Positions 49,871 to 58,389 of a stretch of 64,000 nucleotides of DNA are shown piece by piece. A program made the translations under genes and the position numbers. The stretch covers positions 1-64,000 of the IMG/VR virus record IMGVR_UViG_3300021137_000001. The stretch is one strand, 5' to 3'. The first letter of the stretch is position 1; the number at the start of each line of letters is the position of its first letter. The notes beneath the pieces are model-generated. The model saw only the letters and a program-made list of their open reading frames with translations. It was not told the DNA's origin and ran no database searches.

Positions 49871-50664
49871 TGGCAACAAAAATTTTAGTAGTCGGATGTT
49901 CGTTTTCAAATGGTCATGGGCTCAATGATCAGGACAATGGCGATTGTAATAAATCTGATCCAAAACTTTGGGTTAATCAGGTATGCAATAAAGTTTGGCC
50001 TAATTCAGACATAACTAATCTTGCGAAAACTGGAGCAAATAATAATTGGATATTCTTTGAAACTATAAGCGCATTATTATTAAATGAATATGATATTGTT
50101 TTAGTAGAATGGACGGCGATACCTAGATTCAATATTAAAGTAGGATTAGAATTGTACACCGTTGAATCAATGTTAAATTCAGAATCAATTGATATTAATA
50201 TTAATAACAATATAACTTATACCAGTAAATGGCTAAACTCATTAGGTGATAATTTACGAAAAATACATAACGATCATTGGGATATTTTAGATCTTGTCAA
50301 ATATATAAATGTCATATTGCAAATACACAAAGGAAAAACATTTTTTATCAATGGGTTGGCTCCGTGGCCAGATCAATATTTTACTAAGAAAAAAATTCAG
50401 TATCCATCTGAATTATCAAATTTTGAACAAAATATGTTTGCTATAAGTACCAGAGATGACGATGAAATATTTGCTCTTTATGAAATGGTACATAATCAAT
50501 ATCAACAATATGGAGGAGTACGTCAAGAGCATTGGTTAAATTTATATAGCTCATTGATGTCGATGCAAGTTGATTATATAAGCGATACAGATCTGCACCC
50601 AGGTTACAAAAGTCAAGATATATTTGCAGAATATTTAATATCACAACTAAGAGAAAATAATTAA
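49870..50664 (+). CDS. SGNH/GDSL hydrolase-like accessory protein
   Basis: LVVGCSFSNG at the N-terminus, DLHPG at the C-terminus; AT-rich. Confidence 0.55.
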   Translation: MATKILVVGCSFSNGHGLNDQDNGDCNKSDPKLWVNQVCNKVWPNSDITNLAKTGANNNWIFFETISALLLNEYDIVLVEWTAIPRFNIKVGLELYTVESMLNSESIDININNNITYTSKWLNSLGDNLRKIHNDHWDILDLVKYINVILQIHKGKTFFINGLAPWPDQYFTKKKIQYPSELSNFEQNMFAISTRDDDEIFALYEMVHNQYQQYGGVRQEHWLNLYSSLMSMQVDYISDTDLHPGYKSQDIFAEYLISQLRENN

Positions 50665-51680
50665 TGGCACTAGCTAGACTGATAATCAAAGATGAAGTTA
50701 ATGTAAAGATCGAAGGACTAGACTTACATGAACGCAAAGAACTCAGCAACATGTTCAAGTATGAAATTCCGGGCGCACGTTATCTACCAAGTGTACGTCT
50801 TGGTCGTTGGGATGGCAAGATTGCTTACTTTCAGTTAGGTGGTAGCACGTACACTAACTTGCTTGCTGAGATATTACCATACTTAGATGAGCGTGGGTAT
50901 AACATTGAGTTGGAAGATTTACGTGACTATAGAACACAGTTTAGTTTTGCGCAGGTAACAGAACAAACATTCGCACACAAAGTATGGCCAGCTAAACATC
51001 CGATTGCGGGCCAGCCAGTTGTGCTACGAGATTATCAAATTGAAATCATTAACAAGTTTCTTGAGAACCCACAGTGCATACAAGAAATTGCAACTGGCGC
51101 AGGTAAGACATTAATTACTGCGGCACTAAGTTATAGCTGTGAACAATACGGTCGTACTGTAGTAATCGTACCAAACAAATCACTTGTTACACAAACAGAA
51201 GCAGACTACATTAACTTGGGACTAGACGTTGGTGTTTACTTTGGTGACAGAAAAGAATATGGACGTACACATACAATATGTACATGGCAAAGTCTTAACA
51301 TTATGCTTAAGAACACTAAGTCAGCAGAAGCCGATGTTACTATAATGGAATTTTTAGAAGGTGTTGTATGCGTTATGGTCGACGAATGTTTTGATAGTGA
51401 TAGTAAGGTATTAACTCCGACTGGATATGTGGCTATTAAAAATATAAAAGCTGGTGACAAAGTAATTAACTATTCGGAAAATACTAAAGAATTTAAGATA
51501 GATACTGTAGTTAAACAACATATAAATTTAACTAATTCGTCTAGCGAAAAAATGTATGAGCTAACCTTTGATAATGGAGTATCTATCCGTGTAACTGGCA
51601 ATCATAAATTTTTAACTAATTTGGGTTGGTGCAGGGCCGACGAATTATCAGATAACCATGAAATTGTAAATAAAACATAA
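50664..51680 (+). CDS. uvsW: UvsW SF2 helicase N-terminal half fused to a 97-aa N-intein
   Basis: LRDYQ, ATGAGKT, VIVPNKSLVTQ, TWQS, VMVDE|CFDSDS...TGNH...NKT*. Confidence 0.9.
   Translation: MALARLIIKDEVNVKIEGLDLHERKELSNMFKYEIPGARYLPSVRLGRWDGKIAYFQLGGSTYTNLLAEILPYLDERGYNIELEDLRDYRTQFSFAQVTEQTFAHKVWPAKHPIAGQPVVLRDYQIEIINKFLENPQCIQEIATGAGKTLITAALSYSCEQYGRTVVIVPNKSLVTQTEADYINLGLDVGVYFGDRKEYGRTHTICTWQSLNIMLKNTKSAEADVTIMEFLEGVVCVMVDECFDSDSKVLTPTGYVAIKNIKAGDKVINYSENTKEFKIDTVVKQHINLTNSSSEKMYELTFDNGVSIRVTGNHKFLTNLGWCRADELSDNHEIVNKT
51387..51677 (+). mobile_element. Split intein N-fragment (97 aa)
   Basis: Block A CFDSDSKVLT, block B VTGNHKF. Confidence 0.88.
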
Positions 51681-51707
51681 ATACATATAACTAATGCAGA
51701 AGTCCTT

Positions 51708-52610
51708 ATGAAAATACAATACAATAAATGGATAGAATTACTCAATGACAGACTAATAGAACATAATCAATCTATTAGAGTAATCGAGTACTCTAGTGGC
51801 ACATTAACATTGTCGAGCGGTGAAACTTTACTAGATAATAAGTTTGAGAAATTTAAAAAACGAGTTATGAATAAAAAAACCACAATGTGGGTAGATAATA
51901 TGGATAACTTATTCCATGGTACAGTTACTGAAAAAGAAATTAAATCTAAATTGGCGGCAATTGGCGGGTTGTCAGTACAAGAAAAATACGGTGAAAATAT
52001 TAGATTAAATCTTAATACAGGTACCCCATGGAATAAAGGTACCAAAGGACAAAATATAGGTACAGGTACTCCCCGACCACAAGCAGTTAAAGACAAAATT
52101 AGTGAAAAAAATTCCGGCAACAGAAATGGTATGTACGGAATTAAGATGACTGAACAAGATAGACAAAAAAAATCATCATTAATGAAACAAAAAATATTAG
52201 CAGGAGAGTTTACTCCTAACAGCAATAATAGAAATACTCATTGGGACACGAAATTTAATAGTAAATCGTATAGGTCAAGTTGGGAGGCATTATATCAATA
52301 TATTAACCCTTTTGCAGAATACGAGACACTGAGGATAGAATATAATTTGCATGATAAAAGACATATTTATATTGTGGATTTTGTAGATCATGTCAATAAA
52401 CTAGTGGTAGAAGTTAAACCTAAAGAATTGTGCATTGGAGAGAAATTTGGTGCGAAAATGTCGGCACTAACTGCATGGGCCAACAATAATAACTATAAAA
52501 CACTATTAGTTAATAAAAAGTGGTTACAAGAACAAGTAGTTGATATTGATTACAGTATGTTTGATACAAAAACTGCAAAAAAAATAAAGGCGTTATATGA
52601 AACTAATTAA
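51708..52610 (+). CDS. Free-standing homing endonuclease (NUMOD3-like plus TnsA-like PD-(D/E)xK) between the uvsW halves
   Basis: PWNKG, NGMYG; YRSSWE...YIVDF...VEVKP. Confidence 0.75.
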   Translation: MKIQYNKWIELLNDRLIEHNQSIRVIEYSSGTLTLSSGETLLDNKFEKFKKRVMNKKTTMWVDNMDNLFHGTVTEKEIKSKLAAIGGLSVQEKYGENIRLNLNTGTPWNKGTKGQNIGTGTPRPQAVKDKISEKNSGNRNGMYGIKMTEQDRQKKSSLMKQKILAGEFTPNSNNRNTHWDTKFNSKSYRSSWEALYQYINPFAEYETLRIEYNLHDKRHIYIVDFVDHVNKLVVEVKPKELCIGEKFGAKMSALTAWANNNNYKTLLVNKKWLQEQVVDIDYSMFDTKTAKKIKALYETN

Positions 52611-52701
52611 CCGAACAGAAATATCTAAACCGGCCAATGTATATAATTTACATATAGAAAATGACCACAACTATATTGTCGACGGAGCAGTGGTGTCAAA
52701 T
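52597..52701 (+). mobile_element. Split intein C-fragment (35 aa) ending Ser-Asn, followed by Cys+1
   Basis: AAT at 52699-52701, TGT at 52702. Confidence 0.88.
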
Positions 52702-53436
52702 TGTCATATGGCCAAAGCGGATGCGCTGAAAACTTTATTAACGGGAGTGATGTCACACATACCTATCCGATGGGGCTTAACGGGCACAATACCTAAAGAA
52801 ATGTACGAGTTTATGAGCCTAAAGTGTTCATTGGGTGAAGTCATTGGGCGTTTAAGTGCAAGTGAATTACAAGATCAGGGTGTACTTGCTAACTGTCATG
52901 TAAACGTTGTACAGCTAATAGACCATGTTGAATATAAGGATTATCAAAGCGAGTTAAAATATCTATTAGAGACAGACGCACGTATTGATTATATAAGTAA
53001 AATGATAGAGCGTATTAGATTAACTGGCAATACACTTGTCTTAGTTGATCGCATCGCACCGGGCAAAGCATTAGTTGAGCTAGTTAAAGATGCTGTGTTT
53101 GTATCAGGAGGAACAAAAGCAAATGATAGGAAAGAAAGTTATGATGAGTTTGCAACCAGTGATAACTTTGTTGCTGTTGCCACTTATGGGGTTGCTGCTG
53201 TTGGTATCAATATCCCTCGCGTTTTTAACCTTGTGCTCATTGAGCCTGGTAAGAGCTTTGTGCGGGTCATCCAAAGTATCGGGCGTGGCATTCGTAAAGC
53301 GGAAGACAAAGATTTCGTCCAAATCTGGGACGTAACGTCAACTTGTAAGTTTGCTAAACGACATCTTACAGTCAGAAAGAAATTTTATTCTGAGGCCTCA
53401 TATCCTTACGCAATAGAAAAAACCGAATGGAAATAA
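52597..53436 (+). CDS. uvsW: C-intein (35 aa) fused to the UvsW C-terminal half
   Basis: VYNLHIENDHNYIVDGAVVSN|CHMAK; GLTGT, GINIP, QSIGRGIR. Confidence 0.9.
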   Translation: MKLINRTEISKPANVYNLHIENDHNYIVDGAVVSNCHMAKADALKTLLTGVMSHIPIRWGLTGTIPKEMYEFMSLKCSLGEVIGRLSASELQDQGVLANCHVNVVQLIDHVEYKDYQSELKYLLETDARIDYISKMIERIRLTGNTLVLVDRIAPGKALVELVKDAVFVSGGTKANDRKESYDEFATSDNFVAVATYGVAAVGINIPRVFNLVLIEPGKSFVRVIQSIGRGIRKAEDKDFVQIWDVTSTCKFAKRHLTVRKKFYSEASYPYAIEKTEWK

Positions 53437-53455
53437 TTAATCAAGGAGCATTAAA

Positions 53456-53532
53456 ATTCACATCCTCACCTTAGAAAATACCGCATACGAAATGAATGAA
53501 ATCCCAGATGAAGTGGAGGATTTACGCTTTGC
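53456..53532 (+). repeat. Duplicated 5' end of the gene at 54485 (copy 1, truncated)
   Basis: 53471-53532 matches 54500-54561 at 60 of 62 nt; codons 2-5 are synonymous variants. Confidence 0.9.
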
Positions 53533-53597
53533 GCTATTTGGATTGAATTCTGACAGATTATGTAGACCAAAAGATTTTAGCAACACCACCATACCTT

Positions 53598-53816
53598 ATG
53601 AATACTAACATAGTTTGCGCTATGTTGGAATATTTTGATACAAATGCAATTAGTATTACAGATAATGTAGGTGTAATATTACCTGCTGATCCAAAGTGTG
53701 CGGACTATTATCTGTATAACGCATGGATTATTAAAACAAAACAAATTGATCAAATAGTATGGTCTGATGAACTTGTTGCTAGTTTGCCATTTGACAGAAC
53801 ATTACGTAGACATTAA
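53598..53816 (+). CDS. Small hypothetical protein within the insertion
   Basis: ORF between the duplicated segments. Confidence 0.4.
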   Translation: MNTNIVCAMLEYFDTNAISITDNVGVILPADPKCADYYLYNAWIIKTKQIDQIVWSDELVASLPFDRTLRRH

Positions 53817-53836
53817 ATTTAGAAAAGGAAACAACA

Positions 53837-54472
53837 ATGATTTATAAAGTAGATTTACCTCCGCCTCATCCGGGCATTATTAAATATTGTCTTGAAAATA
53901 TATTAGGAACTCACTTAGACTGGGCGTATACATGGCATGACCAATTTATCGCACCGCACATACCTGCAGGAACAACACCGGTATCATCTTATATACATCC
54001 ATTTCTACCTGAAAGTTTGGTATTTAAACAGATTAATATACAGTATAAAACGTATTTTAGTAAACCCGTTAGACCTGCAATTGTTATGTTTACTAATAAC
54101 TCCACAGATCATAAATTTGCTAGTCTAGTACCGCATTGTGATAAGAATCGAACATTTTCTATTAATTATATAATAGAACAGGGCGGCGCCGAAGTCACCA
54201 CATCATTTTATCGAGAAGGTAGAGAAAATCCGGATTTATCAGTGGCAGAATTTGGATATCCTAATCAGTTAACACTTGAAAATGTTTATGTATGTCCGAA
54301 AAATTCCTGGTCGATGCTTAATGTTCAGCAATATCATGGCGTTGATAATATTGAATCTACTAGAATCGTGTTTATGTTAATGTCGCTGGATAATTTTGAT
54401 AGATCAGTAGAAGAAATATATAAAGAGTTAGAACATTTAACAACACCACTGGAACCAATTAACAAGGATTAA
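53837..54472 (+). CDS. 2OG-Fe(II) oxygenase/cupin-like accessory protein
   Basis: PHCD (HxD)...YHGV; AAGGA RBS; AT-rich. Confidence 0.5.
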   Translation: MIYKVDLPPPHPGIIKYCLENILGTHLDWAYTWHDQFIAPHIPAGTTPVSSYIHPFLPESLVFKQINIQYKTYFSKPVRPAIVMFTNNSTDHKFASLVPHCDKNRTFSINYIIEQGGAEVTTSFYREGRENPDLSVAEFGYPNQLTLENVYVCPKNSWSMLNVQQYHGVDNIESTRIVFMLMSLDNFDRSVEEIYKELEHLTTPLEPINKD

Positions 54473-54484
54473 TACCATAATACT

Positions 54485-54985
54485 ATGCATATACTAACAT
54501 TAGAAAATACCGCGTACGAAATGAATGAAATCCCTGATGAAGTGGAGGATTTACGCTTTGCTATTTTAGACAACAGTGATCCAAAGAATCCGGACTATTT
54601 CTTTATCCCACTAATCTTTTTAGAATCATTTAACAGCCCTGCACTTGTATTAAACATCGGTGGCAACATGGTAAAGATGCCGGTTGATTGGCAAGTGCTA
54701 ATCGGCGAACCAGACATTGGTGATTTAGAAGTAATACCATTAACTAGCATCAATGACAGGGGCTTTAGTGTATTCGAATTCAATCCAATCTCGAGCTTTA
54801 AGCCAGAGTTCTTTAAGATTGAGATTGTAGACATCTATCAAGACGTTAAATGGTACTTCCCAAAACTTAAACCAGGGCAGATGCTGGCTGTACCAATTGA
54901 ATCAGGCGACAAGCCATTATGCGCTTACTTTGTTAAAGACATTTCGAGACAAAGTGAAGTCGTGGATTATTCAAAGATATTTTAA
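54485..54985 (+). CDS. Hypothetical core-like protein
   Basis: Intact ORF; its 5' end is duplicated at 53456. Confidence 0.7.
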   Translation: MHILTLENTAYEMNEIPDEVEDLRFAILDNSDPKNPDYFFIPLIFLESFNSPALVLNIGGNMVKMPVDWQVLIGEPDIGDLEVIPLTSINDRGFSVFEFNPISSFKPEFFKIEIVDIYQDVKWYFPKLKPGQMLAVPIESGDKPLCAYFVKDISRQSEVVDYSKIF

Positions 54986-55156
54986 ATGGCACGTAAACAT
55001 ATTTGGCGGATGTGGGCTAAGGCACTTGGCGACAAGGCTGGGCTCACCGATAAAGAAGCAGATACAGTTGCATTAATACGCACTATAATTGTGTTAACAT
55101 ATCTGCTAACTAACTTTACTATTGTTGCAGGTGTACTGCGACATTGGAATGGATAA
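54986..55156 (+). CDS. Small membrane protein of a type common in T4-like phages (WRxWAKALG...WN)
   Basis: 56 aa, translated by hand. Confidence 0.65.
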   Translation: MARKHIWRMWAKALGDKAGLTDKEADTVALIRTIIVLTYLLTNFTIVAGVLRHWNG

Positions 55157-55383
55157 TGATATTTGAAAGCCCGGACAAAGGTAAGACTGTGTACAGTAGG
55201 GAAGTGGGAGAAACAGCCCGCACACTACATAGCATGGATGATGACATACAAGATATGTTTGCAACTATACGCGAAGAGAGACTATGGGAGAACATTCGCT
55301 GTGAAGCAAAGACAAATATCGCTTTACAAAACGCCCTCGAACATGCTATAATGATATATAAGTTAAGCAAAGAGTATGAATAA
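55156..55383 (+). CDS. Hypothetical protein
   Basis: MIFESPDKGKTVYSR; TAATG coupling. Confidence 0.6.
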   Translation: MIFESPDKGKTVYSREVGETARTLHSMDDDIQDMFATIREERLWENIRCEAKTNIALQNALEHAIMIYKLSKEYE

Positions 55384-56371
55384 ATTACATATTAGACAAC
55401 ATTTAGATCGCCTGACTACTAAGAAAATATTAGTAGTCGATGAGTCTGATCTACTTGCCGATGAGATAATTTCCACTGATTCATATGATAGTATAATATT
55501 TGATTATGCAACCCCATATATTCAACAGTTAAATGAACTTAAAATAGTTGAGTTGTTAATACAACTAAATTTATCTATACCGTGGATAATAATAACATCA
55601 AATTTTACTTATTATAAAAATAATAATCCACATATAATATATTATCCAATTTATTTTATTGATGGCATTGATAAAGCTGGGCAACGAATAGAGATATGGG
55701 GACCTCGCTTATATAATTTAAGTTTTATGTCGTATCATTTGCACTGGCATCGATTATTGTCGTTGTTAGCATTATATAAACAAACATGGTTTACTACTTG
55801 CCTACTAAATTTATTGCCTATTGCCCAAATGAATTCAAGTCAATTACAAGGATATCAAAATGGTATACTATTGTTAACTAAGGATGAATTGTTATCATTA
55901 AATGAATTGTTTAAATTAGCTCCAATTGTTGCAGACGACACCGATGATCAACGAGAGATTGTGAATATACAAAATCGAGCATTCACTGATTGCTATATAA
56001 ACATGTTTACTGAATCTGATTACGCAAAACCATTTATAACAGAAAAAAGCATAAAACCTTTTTTATCAGGGCAATTCACTGCGGTGATGGCACATAAAGG
56101 AGTATATACCCATTTACAAGATTTAGGATTTGATTTATTTCAAGAATACATTAATTTAGAATTTAATATAATAGACATAAATGATGCAAGAAATGCAATT
56201 AATAATGTGATTGATCAAATTTCTAAATTATTACCTAATATAGAACAAGTATGGAATGATACCTATATTAGACGTAAGCATAATTATGAACTTGCAATAT
56301 CGCCTGCATTGCGCAGTGAATTGTGTAGAGAATTAACAGAACAATTAAATAAAGATAAAGAGACTATATAA
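55376..56371 (+). CDS. AT-rich glycosyltransferase-like accessory protein
   Basis: FTES...FITEKSIKPF...G...LQDLGFDLF resembles GT-B (GT10-like) C-terminal motifs. Confidence 0.45.
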   Translation: MNKLHIRQHLDRLTTKKILVVDESDLLADEIISTDSYDSIIFDYATPYIQQLNELKIVELLIQLNLSIPWIIITSNFTYYKNNNPHIIYYPIYFIDGIDKAGQRIEIWGPRLYNLSFMSYHLHWHRLLSLLALYKQTWFTTCLLNLLPIAQMNSSQLQGYQNGILLLTKDELLSLNELFKLAPIVADDTDDQREIVNIQNRAFTDCYINMFTESDYAKPFITEKSIKPFLSGQFTAVMAHKGVYTHLQDLGFDLFQEYINLEFNIIDINDARNAINNVIDQISKLLPNIEQVWNDTYIRRKHNYELAISPALRSELCRELTEQLNKDKETI

Positions 56372-56610
56372 TGGCATATAACCCAGCCCAATTTAAAGCA
56401 AAGAAGAAACGTGCAGTAGATCCAAATGCGCCACCGCGCCCTAACTTGCTAGCACATGAAAAGAAAATGAAAGAGTCGCAAGCGGCATTTGAAGAACTGT
56501 ATCATAGAGTGCATCAACAAGCAGAGTTGATTGAAAGTTTGCGCACAAAGTTTCAATTTTTAGAACACACAGTGAATTACATTGTGGCTAAACTTAAAGG
56601 TAACAAATGA
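56371..56610 (+). CDS. Small coiled-coil protein
   Basis: Coupled ORF. Confidence 0.55.
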   Translation: MAYNPAQFKAKKKRAVDPNAPPRPNLLAHEKKMKESQAAFEELYHRVHQQAELIESLRTKFQFLEHTVNYIVAKLKGNK

Positions 56611-57071
56611 GTTCAAGTTTACAAATTAGTGATGAGATGGCAGCATATGATCGCAAAGATCGTGCTTACTACGATAACTTTACAGACGAAGATGTGAAGA
56701 AGTTTAGCACATACTTAATGCTACGTTATGGCGCAAGCGTTACTGGGTCAAGTGATTTACAAGCATACTATGTTATGGCAGTAAACGAACGTGTAAACAA
56801 AAACTTCTTTGACTTAGGCAAACACCCGAAGTTACAATGGTTACTTTGTACAACAGTAAGCCCGGGAATGGGCAGACAAAGTCATTACTGGCAGGGTACT
56901 AAGAAGAAAGAAGGCGATAGCAAAGCAGTAAAGTTTCTTGCTAAACTATATCCTAATTTAAAACAAGATGAGCTCGATGTACTTGTTGCAATCAATGATA
57001 CTAAAAGTCTTAAACTGCTAGGGCAAACAATGGGTATGGATGATAAGGCAATTAAGAAAGAGCTTGGATGA
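56607..57071 (+). CDS. Putative clamp-loader small subunit (gp62-like)
   Basis: YLMLRY, VNERVN and LQWLL motifs; replication context. Confidence 0.4.
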   Translation: MSSSLQISDEMAAYDRKDRAYYDNFTDEDVKKFSTYLMLRYGASVTGSSDLQAYYVMAVNERVNKNFFDLGKHPKLQWLLCTTVSPGMGRQSHYWQGTKKKEGDSKAVKFLAKLYPNLKQDELDVLVAINDTKSLKLLGQTMGMDDKAIKKELG

Positions 57072-57805
57072 TTAACGACATTGTTAGCGCATGGAAGGAT
57101 AGCAACATAGCAAAGCCCGCGGGATATACGTGTAAGTATTGCGAGCGTAGTTTTCAACGTGAGAAAACACTTGCTGCGCATCAGTGCGAACCAAAGCGCA
57201 GATGGCAACAGGAAAAAGAAGTCGGTGTACAGTTTGGCTTACAGGCATACTTACGCTTCTTTGAACTGAGTCAAGGTAGCGCAAAGACAAAGAGCTACGA
57301 AGATTTTGTTACAAGCCCTTACTACACAGCATTTGTTAAGTGTGGCAGATACATGATTGATGTACGTGCAGTGAACCCAAAAGCGTTTATTGAATATGTA
57401 CTTAAACAAAACAAGAAGATTGATCATTGGACACACGAAGTAGTATACTTAGAATACTTACATCAGTATATGCGCAAAGAAGCAGTGTCGGATGCGCTTG
57501 AAAGAGCATTAACGGAGATGCAAAAATATGTGGACGAAAATACAGAATTATTTCCGAATGGGTTCAGAGACTATTTTAGAGTGGCTAATCCAAACCGTGT
57601 TTGCCATCATATTGCTAATGGGCGTGTCAGTCCTTGGATTGTGTTTAACTGTGATTCGGGCATTGCATTTCTTGGTGAGTTGGGCGAAGAGCAAGTTACA
57701 CAAATAATTAAAATGATTGACCCGGAGTACTGGCAACGTAAGTTTAAAGATTACTTGGCTGATACTGAATGGACTAAACAGATTTTAAAAGATGCCGGGC
57801 TATGA
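57068..57805 (+). CDS. C2H2 Zn-finger-containing protein
   Basis: YTCKYCERSF...LAAHQC. Confidence 0.6.
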   Translation: MINDIVSAWKDSNIAKPAGYTCKYCERSFQREKTLAAHQCEPKRRWQQEKEVGVQFGLQAYLRFFELSQGSAKTKSYEDFVTSPYYTAFVKCGRYMIDVRAVNPKAFIEYVLKQNKKIDHWTHEVVYLEYLHQYMRKEAVSDALERALTEMQKYVDENTELFPNGFRDYFRVANPNRVCHHIANGRVSPWIVFNCDSGIAFLGELGEEQVTQIIKMIDPEYWQRKFKDYLADTEWTKQILKDAGL

Positions 57806-58389
57806 CAATTAAGTTTAAATCCGACATTGATATCGATTTTGCTGACCGAACAGAGATATTGAATTTAATAGATCATGTACCTGCGAGCATACTAACTAAT
57901 GGTAATTTTCGAAAACATGCGTCTGGAATCTATGTAACGGACATCCCACAAGACCCATTTACAGCACAAGCAAGTATTGATTATGATGTTGCTGAAGATA
58001 GAGGTTATGTTAAACTGGACTTTCTTAACGTAAACTTATACAAGCAAGTACGTGACGAAGCACATTTAATTGAACTTATGCGTGAACCGGACTGGGCTCG
58101 ACTATATGACCCAGACTTCTGTGCGCAATTGATGCATGTAAATGCACATTATGATACATTGATTAAAATGCCCGAAGCAGTAAACACTATTCCGCGACTA
58201 GCAATGTTCCTTGCTATCATACGTCCTGCAAAGCGACACTTGGTTGGTAAAACTTGGAAAGAAGTTGCTGAAACTGTGTGGGATAAACCCGATGATGATA
58301 CTTATTACTTTAAGAAGGCGCATTCGATTTCGTACAGCCAATTAGTTGTTGTTAATATGAATTTAATAGAAGAACAATTAATGTTGTAA
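57802..58389 (+). CDS. Miniature DNA polymerase III alpha (DnaE)-like catalytic protein
   Basis: DIDIDF, KHASG, KLDFL, AIIRP and FKKAHSISY occur in DnaE order within 195 aa. Confidence 0.7.
   Translation: MTIKFKSDIDIDFADRTEILNLIDHVPASILTNGNFRKHASGIYVTDIPQDPFTAQASIDYDVAEDRGYVKLDFLNVNLYKQVRDEAHLIELMREPDWARLYDPDFCAQLMHVNAHYDTLIKMPEAVNTIPRLAMFLAIIRPAKRHLVGKTWKEVAETVWDKPDDDTYYFKKAHSISYSQLVVVNMNLIEEQLML

Noticed and set aside
55360-56375. Junction duplication around the GT-like gene (AAAGAGTAT versus AAAGAGACTAT)
   Set aside because: The match is too short and AT-rich to distinguish from chance
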